From a virus (Duplodnaviria > Caudoviricetes): a stretch of 32,190 bases of DNA. Below are positions 26,240-32,190 of this stretch, in pieces. Position 1 is the first letter of the stretch, and every line of letters begins with the position of its first letter. The notes beneath the pieces are model-generated. The model saw only the letters and a list, made by a program, of their open reading frames with translations, did not search any database and was not told the origin of the DNA. The stretch lies in IMG/VR virus record IMGVR_UViG_3300005286_000504, positions 1-32,190 of that record, one strand, 5' to 3'. Made by a program: the position numbers and the translations under genes.

Positions 26240-26276
26240 TTCGGTCTCCGTTCGTGAAGTTGGGAAACGAGGCGCA

Positions 26277-26498
26277 TCATTCGGCAGCCTCCCGGGGCAC
26301 GGCGGCGATCTCAGCCAGCCGGTCATAGGTCACGCCACTGATCCCTCTGCAATCCGCCGCGGCGACCATGTACTTCCAGTATCCCGAAGGAATGGAAGAG
26401 CGTCGGCGCATGGCTTTCGCGCTCTCGTATCCCACCCCGATATCGCTCGCGAAATCGGTGAGGGACGGCCAGAGATTGATGAGGTCAGAGTGCGTCAT
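26277..26498 (-). CDS. cro: Cro-like repressor
   Basis: 73 aa from ATG 26498. LINLWPSLTDFASDIGVGYESAKAMRRRSSIP HTH; divergent from cI. Confidence 0.8.
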   Translation of the reverse strand: MTHSDLINLWPSLTDFASDIGVGYESAKAMRRRSSIPSGYWKYMVAAADCRGISGVTYDRLAEIAAVPREAAE

Positions 26499-26504
26499 GC
26501 GCAA

Positions 26505-26584
26505 TAGGTGCAACATGCCCCTACAAATGTCAATCCCGCGTAGAGGTTATTTACCCCTCGCCATGTGGGTACAATATGCCCCAT
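26505..26584. promoter_or_regulatory. OR operator region with divergent PR/PRM promoters
   Basis: 19-bp sites TAGGTGCAACATGCCCCTA (26505), TAGAGGTTATTTACCCCTC (26541) and TGGGTACAATATGCCCCAT (26566). Minus-strand TTGACA (26533-26528)-N17-CACCTA; plus-strand TACAAT at 26570. Confidence 0.8.
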
Positions 26585-27233
26585 GATTAACATCGACGAA
26601 CGCACAGAACGAGAGAATAGAGCAGCCCGCCTTCGCCGCGCGCGCGAAGCAGCCGATCTTGGCGGCTACCGTAAGCTCGCCAACCGGTTTGGGTGGAACG
26701 AGAATACCTACAAGGCTCACGAGCAAGGAAAGAGCAGCTTCGGTATCGTCGATGCGCGGAAATATGCGAAGACTTTCGGCGTCTCGCTGCAATGGCTCTT
26801 CATGGGAATAGGCAATCCGGAGGACGTAGATCCGCCGGAGCCCGTCACCACTACCGATGTCCCGCTCATCTCCTGGGTCAGTGCCGGTGCGCTCGGCGAA
26901 CAGCAGGCCGTCGTCAGTCTGGCAGAGTTCCCCACGATAACCGCTATCGATCTGCCCGAAGGCGATTGGATCGCCCTGCGGGTGGATGGCAACTCAATGA
27001 ACAAGATCTCGCCGCCGGACTCCATCATCTTCGCGAACCGTCGCGACAAACGTTTGGTCCCCAATGCCTGTTACGTTGTCGCCGACGAGACCGGCGCAGC
27101 AACCTACAAGCGTTACCGCCCGAACGACGACCCGCCATTCCAACCAGCGTCATATGACGAAGTGCCGCCGCCACAGTTCCAGGGCGCCGTCCATGTCGTC
27201 GGCAGGGTGCGCCGTTCCATCATCGAGATGTGA
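26583..27233 (+). CDS. cI: CI repressor (XRE HTH + S24 autopeptidase)
   Basis: Start probably ATG 26583; 216 aa. HTH RLRRARE..LANRFGWNENTYKAHEQG, cleavage site VSAG, catalytic GNSM and TYKR. Confidence 0.92.
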   Translation: MINIDERTERENRAARLRRAREAADLGGYRKLANRFGWNENTYKAHEQGKSSFGIVDARKYAKTFGVSLQWLFMGIGNPEDVDPPEPVTTTDVPLISWVSAGALGEQQAVVSLAEFPTITAIDLPEGDWIALRVDGNSMNKISPPDSIIFANRRDKRLVPNACYVVADETGAATYKRYRPNDDPPFQPASYDEVPPPQFQGAVHVVGRVRRSIIEM

Positions 27234-27268
27234 TGCATGAACCGTAGCCACATATCCGGAGTGTCTAA

Positions 27269-27559
27269 ATGGGCGACCTGAGGCTTCTCGACAAATGGTA
27301 CAAGGCCCTGATTGCCGCCGGAGTTGCCCTTGGTGTCGGAGCTGTGGCGGCGCATCATAATCAGCTGCTCGTAATGGCAGTGGGGATGGTGCTTGTTGGT
27401 GTCGGCGAGTTTATGAACCACCCATTCCGGAGCTATCGTGATGGCCTCACCGTTTATGAAGGTCATCCGCGCATTCCGTGCCTAGCTGGTCACATCCTTG
27501 ATGCAGTCGGCGCGCTGATTATGCTTTTCGGTATCGTCAAGCTGCTCATGCTCGCTTAG
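27269..27559 (+). CDS. Small membrane protein downstream of cI (about 3 TM segments)
   Basis: 96 aa, GGAG upstream, three hydrophobic stretches. Confidence 0.72.
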   Translation: MGDLRLLDKWYKALIAAGVALGVGAVAAHHNQLLVMAVGMVLVGVGEFMNHPFRSYRDGLTVYEGHPRIPCLAGHILDAVGALIMLFGIVKLLMLA

Positions 27560-27829
27560 CGACCTGACCACCACCGGCGACGACGAGACGAATTTATCCA
27601 GCTCGCCACGCGCAAATTTCTCAAATTCTTCCTCGCCATCCGATCTGGGGCCGAGCTCGATCTCCAGGCTAACGAGACGAGTTTCCACAATCTTGATCCT
27701 CGAAGCGAGGGCCGACATTGTCCGGCACAAGGACATACTGGTGACCAGAAGACTGAAGGCAACGCCCAGCAATCCAACCTGACCGACAGTGAGGGCGATC
27801 CACTGAGCGGTTTCCGCATCCATAGTCAT
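27482..27829 (-). CDS. Putative single-TM, coiled-coil protein convergent with the cI operon
   Basis: Start uncertain (27853, 27829 or 27823). WIALTVGQVGLLGVAFSLLV TM, then LASRIKIVETRLVSLE heptads. Confidence 0.5.
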   Translation of the reverse strand: MTMDAETAQWIALTVGQVGLLGVAFSLLVTSMSLCRTMSALASRIKIVETRLVSLEIELGPRSDGEEEFEKFARGELDKFVSSSPVVVRSLSEHEQLDDTEKHNQRADCIKDVTS

Positions 27830-27871
27830 CACCGTGACATCCCTCTGAGCCATTCCAATGATTCGCTCCGG

Positions 27872-27966
27872 CAGGTGCGTTCGGCACCTATTAACTCCTG
27901 CTAACGCATGTAGGGGCACATTGCCCCCATTTTATTGTTGACGTCAATAGGGGCATATTGTACCTA
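27872..27966. promoter_or_regulatory. OL operator region and PL promoter
   Basis: TAGGGGCACATTGCCCCCA (27911), TAGGGGCATATTGTACCTA (27948) and weaker CAGGTGCGTTCGGCACCTA (27872). TTGACG (27938)-N17-TACCTA. Confidence 0.8.
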
Positions 27967-28016
27967 TTTCTCATCCGGCCACCGCAGTGGGCTGGGCCAA
28001 CCCGATGAGGAACGAC

Positions 28017-28241
28017 ATGAACGTCAACAATCACAACGCCTGGCACCTTTGCCGTGACCGTTCCGAGCAGGTCGATTGTGTTGCGGAAGCAATGCGCCGC
28101 CTGGGCGAGGGATGCACGGCATCCGACATCCAGACCGCCCTCGGTATCACCGCCAAGGAACTCGAAGCCGTCGTCGATGACGCGCGTTCGATCGCCACCC
28201 GGCGCAGCACGCGACAGGTTCCGGCTCCGCAGGCTGCCTGA
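28017..28241 (+). CDS. Hypothetical protein, first gene of the PL operon
   Basis: ATG 28017 after GAGGA; 74 aa. Confidence 0.7.
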   Translation: MNVNNHNAWHLCRDRSEQVDCVAEAMRRLGEGCTASDIQTALGITAKELEAVVDDARSIATRRSTRQVPAPQAA

Positions 28242-28314
28242 TCCGTATCGGCGGCCGCCACGCCCTTGAAGGGTACCCCCGTGGCGGCGTCCGAAACGGA
28301 TGATGGAGCCAGCC

Positions 28315-28509
28315 GTGAAACCAGCATTGATCGAAATCACCCCCATGCATTCCGCAAGCCCCGAGCTTGAGGCGCGCCGCAAGAACCTCGGCACATTCCG
28401 CAAGCAGCTCGAGGACGCACGCGGCCCCATTTATGACGGCATGACCGGCCTTCTGCTGATCGCCGTCATCAGCCTGATCGGCATGCAGACCTGGAACGTG
28501 CTGTCATGA
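28315..28509 (+). CDS. Small protein with C-terminal TM segment
   Basis: GTG 28315 after GGAG; 64 aa, GLLLIAVISLIGM; ATGA overlap with the next gene. Confidence 0.6.
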   Translation: MKPALIEITPMHSASPELEARRKNLGTFRKQLEDARGPIYDGMTGLLLIAVISLIGMQTWNVLS

Positions 28510-28802
28510 GCGCCACGGTCCATCTCTTCCCGGGCAATCCCCGCGCACCGCGCACCGAAAGCCTTTCCTTCCTGGAGCAGGAGCTGATCGCCGCCGAGAA
28601 GTTTCTCGACGACCTGGGCAACCACCTGGCCGCCGCCCGCCGCGGTGGCTTGGTGACCGAGGAACGCCTGCGGGAAGCAGCTCAGGCGGCGGAAGGCGCG
28701 CTCTTCCACCTGCTCACGGCCGATGGTGCCCTCAACGAGAGCCGTGACCTCCGCAACCTGCTCAACCGCCGCATGGCGGACAGGGAGGCAAGCCGTGGCT
28801 GA
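28506..28802 (+). CDS. Hypothetical helical protein
   Basis: 98 aa; overlaps both neighbours; strong GC3 bias. Confidence 0.7.
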   Translation: MSATVHLFPGNPRAPRTESLSFLEQELIAAEKFLDDLGNHLAAARRGGLVTEERLREAAQAAEGALFHLLTADGALNESRDLRNLLNRRMADREASRG

Positions 28803-28935
28803 CACGCTTTTCCGCGTCCACTTCGCCGACGACACCAAGCTCGACGTGACCGCGCCGACCCCGGAAGCCGCACGCGAGAAGGCCGAGGAACGCTCCGACG
28901 CGAAGATCACCAAGATCAAGCGCGTGAAGGGGTGA
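28795..28935 (+). CDS. Small hypothetical protein (46 aa)
   Basis: GTG 28795 after GGAGG; MADTLFRVHFADDTKLDVTAPTPEAAREKA. Confidence 0.65.
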   Translation: MADTLFRVHFADDTKLDVTAPTPEAAREKAEERSDAKITKIKRVKG

Positions 28936-28978
28936 CCAGCCCGCGCGCCACCTTTCACCAGCTCAACGGGATCCGACC

Positions 28979-29281
28979 ATGACCGCCAACAATCGCAAGC
29001 TTCCCGACGACATCGTGCTCGCAAGAGACGTCCGCCAGGGCATGACGCAGGCCGAGATAGCCAGCCGCTACAGCGTGACGCAGGAATGCGTCAGGCGCCG
29101 GCTGATCACGCTCAAGATCGCGCCGCGCAAGGAGCCGCGCCGCAACTACAAGCCCTGCGGCATCCCGAAGCTCGTCCTCGAAAAGAAGGTGACGACGTCG
29201 GAATACGGCGGCTCGACCATCCGCTTCATCAGCCTGCCGCGCATCTCCATGCATGTCGCGGCGATGGAGGGAAGGCCATGA
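28979..29281 (+). CDS. HTH-containing protein
   Basis: 100 aa, GMTQAEIASRYSVTQECVRRRL. Confidence 0.72.
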   Translation: MTANNRKLPDDIVLARDVRQGMTQAEIASRYSVTQECVRRRLITLKIAPRKEPRRNYKPCGIPKLVLEKKVTTSEYGGSTIRFISLPRISMHVAAMEGRP

Positions 29282-30339
29282 CGCGCCAGCCCACCCCAGG
29301 CGTCCACGAGAACTTTGCCGACAAGCAGTCGCCGGGAAACCGTACCATAACCGGAAGGACTGCTAGGGAGGGGGCTTGTGACCCCCTCCCGCCAATCACC
29401 AATCTGGCGGCAGATGACGACTGCTTCACCGTCGTTTTCCGTGGCAACCTGCGCAAGCTGCAGGGAAACCCGCACCACTACGAGACGCAGTTCGGACAGG
29501 TAGTCTCCATTGGCGCGGGCAACGCCTTCGAGGAAGCTCCCGAGCAGCAAGAGCCGGTAGCATGGCTGCGCAACGGCGAAAACGTGCCGGTGCGGCAGGT
29601 GCCGCTTGGCGCGATGTGGATCAGCGACGAGAACGACCCCCGCGCCTTTCCGGTTTTCGCTGCACCCCCAGCACCCGAGTCGCATGTGGTGGGGAACGAC
29701 TTCGAAGCCCTCGCGAAGCAGATCGGAGAAGCAGAACGGCCAGCCAGCGGTGGCCCGTGGTGTGATGGGCACGAGCCTATCGAGAACCGCGACTACTTCG
29801 CAAAGATGGTGCGCAACTTCGCCGAGAACCTCCCCGCTCGCCAGACGCATTTGCGGGGCGCTTTGCTTCCACCGCAGATCAACATGGCGGTAGATGGGAA
29901 CGCCGTCACGCTGGCTGAATGCCCTCCCGGCCCCTTCCTGTTTGAGGGCAGCCTGGGTTTCAAGACAGAATACGGAGCCATGTCCGGTAAGGACGTTGGC
30001 AACGGCAAGGTTGAGTGGGCAGTGATCGGTGGTCCTGACGTCTACTGCATGGACAGCGGTGATGCCTTTTGGGGCGGAGTTACTAGCAGGGAAGCTCGCT
30101 CTGCGCTGCTGGTGCAGCCGGTCGATCTGTATTTTGCTGACACTACCGTTCCGCCGGCAGGTGTGCTGGAGAGTGATCCGGTTACCCTGCGCGGCTACTG
30201 CCAGCAGCTCCTCGATATGTTCGAGAACTATGGCGTCGAAATCGAAGGCGAAGACAACGACCTGATTGCTCACATCAGCAGGAATGTCGATCCGGCTTAC
30301 ATCGAACCATCCGCCACAGAAGGAGAACGCGATGTTTGA
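29278..30339 (+). CDS. Mosaic Ead/Ea22-like accessory protein
   Basis: ATG 29278 (ATGA overlap, GGAGG upstream); 353 aa with QEPVAW and PVFAAPP linker motifs typical of this mosaic class. Confidence 0.65.
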   Translation: MTRQPTPGVHENFADKQSPGNRTITGRTAREGACDPLPPITNLAADDDCFTVVFRGNLRKLQGNPHHYETQFGQVVSIGAGNAFEEAPEQQEPVAWLRNGENVPVRQVPLGAMWISDENDPRAFPVFAAPPAPESHVVGNDFEALAKQIGEAERPASGGPWCDGHEPIENRDYFAKMVRNFAENLPARQTHLRGALLPPQINMAVDGNAVTLAECPPGPFLFEGSLGFKTEYGAMSGKDVGNGKVEWAVIGGPDVYCMDSGDAFWGGVTSREARSALLVQPVDLYFADTTVPPAGVLESDPVTLRGYCQQLLDMFENYGVEIEGEDNDLIAHISRNVDPAYIEPSATEGERDV

Positions 30340-30688
30340 TCCAATCGACTATGCTCTTCACTATGGAAGCAGGTGCAGAGAATGCGCCGACGCTGACGGT
30401 GTCTGCCGGACGAGCGGCATGCCCTGCGACCCAAGCGAAGCACGGCGGGCAGCAGAACATTGCTTGAAGGCTTGGATCTACGGCATCGAGAATGGCTTCA
30501 TGAGCAATCCGTTTGCCGGCCTTTCCGCCCATCTTGTCATCTCCGATGAAATGCGGCACGCGGCATGCAAAGCCCTTAACGACCGCGGCCGGGGCAACGC
30601 CGTGACAATCGTGGATGTCAACGCGATGCTGGCGGCTGCCTTAGCCGTATCCCCATCGCCGCAACCGAAGCTGGGAGCTGTCGAATGA
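30332..30688 (+). CDS. Cys-rich hypothetical protein
   Basis: ATG 30332 after AAGGAG; 118 aa; CxxC..C..C cluster, then ISDEMRHAAC..AMLAAA module. Confidence 0.68.
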   Translation: MFDPIDYALHYGSRCRECADADGVCRTSGMPCDPSEARRAAEHCLKAWIYGIENGFMSNPFAGLSAHLVISDEMRHAACKALNDRGRGNAVTIVDVNAMLAAALAVSPSPQPKLGAVE

Positions 30689-30870
30689 CGCCGCTGCCTT
30701 ATGTCTATCGATGGGATCGCCAGGGGCGAAAGGGGCAGCCCTGCGAAGTACTAGCGCGCGGCAGCATGAATAGCTGTGAGGTGAGGTTCATGGACGGGTA
30801 TCGGATGATCACCAGTCGAAACGCGATCCGCAAAAACAAGGAAGGTCGAGATGAGAGCGCAGCGCGCTGA
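30685..30870 (+). CDS. Small hypothetical phage protein
   Basis: 61 aa; ATGA overlap and GGAG upstream; RKGQPCEVLARGSMNSC..F.DG. Confidence 0.68.
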   Translation: MTPLPYVYRWDRQGRKGQPCEVLARGSMNSCEVRFMDGYRMITSRNAIRKNKEGRDESAAR

Positions 30871-31099
30871 GGTTCTCCCGATTTCGTTGCCACCACGCGG
30901 CCTCGCGCGAGAACAGGCCGCGGCTTACGTCGGCGTATCGGCGAGCCTGTTTGACGAAATGGTAGGCGATGGCAGAATGCCGAAGCCGAAGAAGGCGAAC
31001 GCCCGCACGATCTGGGACCGCCTAGCGCTTGACCGGGCGTTCACGCGTCTGCCCGGTGGAGATCCCGACGACGCGGATGACTGGTCAGTGGAGGTCTGA
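30851..31099 (+). CDS. xis: Excisionase (AlpA-like wHTH)
   Basis: 82 aa, PPRGLAREQAAAYVGVSASLFDEMV.DGRMPKP; TGATG-coupled to the integrase. Confidence 0.8.
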   Translation: MRAQRAEVLPISLPPRGLAREQAAAYVGVSASLFDEMVGDGRMPKPKKANARTIWDRLALDRAFTRLPGGDPDDADDWSVEV

Positions 31100-32190
31100 T
31101 GCCAAAGAAGTTCGCCAAGAAATACGTCGTAGAAGATAACACCGATGGAGTGCAGCGTTTTTACTTCCGGAGGCGCGGCCAGAAGAAGGTGCGCCTGCCG
31201 GGCGTGCCGGGAAGCGACGAGTTCAACGAGGCCTATTACAAGGCGTTGAACGGCACAGGTGATGCCGAGCCCAAAGGCCCGAAGCTGTCCACCAAGAACA
31301 CCTTCCGGTGGCTCTGCGAGCAATACTTCCAGTCCGCCGAATACAAGCGTCTCGATCAGCGCACCCGCCATGTGCGTAAGCTGATCATCGAGCACATGTG
31401 GGCCGAACCCCTCAAGAAAGACAGCAAGCGGCTGTACGAGGATATGCCGCTGTCGGCGTTCACGGCGAAAGCCGTGCGAGTGATTCGAGACAGGAAGGCG
31501 GAGACGCCAGAGGCGGCCAACAGCCGCATCAAGGCTCTGCGCGCCGTCCTATCCTGGGCCTGCAAGCCCGATGTTGAGCTGATGCCGAACAACCCTGCAC
31601 GCGACGTGGCCTACTTCCCGCAGCAGGGCGACGGCTTTCATTCATGGACGGAGGAAGAAATTGCCGCCTTCGAGGCCGCGCACCCGATCGGCACCAAGGC
31701 ACGCCTCGCCCTGGCTTTGATGCTCTACACCGGCCAGCGCAGAAGCGATATCGTCCAGTTCGGCCGACAGCACATCAGCAACGGAAGCCTGAAGTTCACC
31801 CAGTTCAAGGGGCGGAACCGCAAGCCGATCACGCTGGAGATACCGATCCACCCGAAGCTGCAGCGCATCATCGATGCTTCGCCAGTGGGAGATCTGACGT
31901 TCCTAGTCACCGCTTTCAACAAAGGCTTCACATCGGCCGGTTTCGGCAACTGGTTCCGCGATCAGTGCGATGCTGCAGGCCTGCCGCATTGCAGCGCTCA
32001 CGGCCTGCGCAAGGCAGCATCAGTGCGCTTGGCGGAGCGCGGCGCGACCGAAAAGCAGATCATGTCGGTGACCGGTCACACCACCTCTAAGGAGGTGACC
32101 CGGTACACCAAGGCGGCGAATCAAAGGCTTCTCGCCGAGAGCGCCATCAACCTTCTGGACGATGATCAGGAAGAGGAGGAGAAGGACTGA
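31099..32190 (+). CDS. int: Tyrosine integrase
   Basis: 363 aa. Catalytic set TGQRRSD (R), QFK (K), HGLRK (H-x-x-R), TGH and RYT (Y). Confidence 0.96.
   Translation: MPKKFAKKYVVEDNTDGVQRFYFRRRGQKKVRLPGVPGSDEFNEAYYKALNGTGDAEPKGPKLSTKNTFRWLCEQYFQSAEYKRLDQRTRHVRKLIIEHMWAEPLKKDSKRLYEDMPLSAFTAKAVRVIRDRKAETPEAANSRIKALRAVLSWACKPDVELMPNNPARDVAYFPQQGDGFHSWTEEEIAAFEAAHPIGTKARLALALMLYTGQRRSDIVQFGRQHISNGSLKFTQFKGRNRKPITLEIPIHPKLQRIIDASPVGDLTFLVTAFNKGFTSAGFGNWFRDQCDAAGLPHCSAHGLRKAASVRLAERGATEKQIMSVTGHTTSKEVTRYTKAANQRLLAESAINLLDDDQEEEEKD

Larger units (their letters stand above)
1..32190. mobile_element. Lambdoid/HK97-like siphovirus prophage (partial; lysis module and att sites outside window)
   Basis: Complete ordered set of integrase, xis, cI/cro switch, replication, terminase, head and tail genes, with frequent ATGA/TGATG overlaps between neighbours. 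Confidence 0.97.

Noticed and set aside
25239-26507. 422-aa plus-strand ORF with a good-looking RBS (ACGGAGG)
   Set aside because: Arg/Gly/Pro-rich nonsense composition; it runs across the hairpin cluster, a different-frame real gene and antisense to cro. Best explained as a high-GC chance open frame, though initiation at 25239 cannot be excluded.
29146-30273. 375-aa minus-strand ORF
   Set aside because: Antisense shadow of the coupled plus-strand gene at 29278-30339; no motif or RBS support.

Overview
The whole window is one lambdoid (HK97-like head, non-contractile tail) temperate prophage, most likely from an alphaproteobacterium of the Rhizobiales (inferred from gene types, high GC, an RcGTA-like spike-base gene and cuckoo-like RNA hairpins). 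The minus strand carries the lytic arm, read right to left: cro, small early genes, CII-like regulator, two paralogous proteins (one fused to an orphan N6-adenine-type MTase), replication initiator with internal iteron-like palindromes, NusG-paralogue antiterminator, HNH, terminases, fused protease-capsid, spike base, portal, connectors, tail tube, chaperones with a -1 frameshift, tape measure, tail-tip genes, a tail fibre and a metallophosphoesterase. The plus strand carries cI, a small membrane protein, the PL early operon, excisionase and tyrosine integrase, whose stop is the last base of the window. No lysis genes or att sites are visible; they presumably lie outside. The most interesting signals are a five-hairpin non-coding cluster with CCUCCUCCC loops, a metallophosphoesterase coupled to the tail fibre gene, a duplicated N-terminal module with swapped C-termini, and a structured late leader behind the NusG paralogue. 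All family assignments come from motif recognition by eye; no database searches were run.
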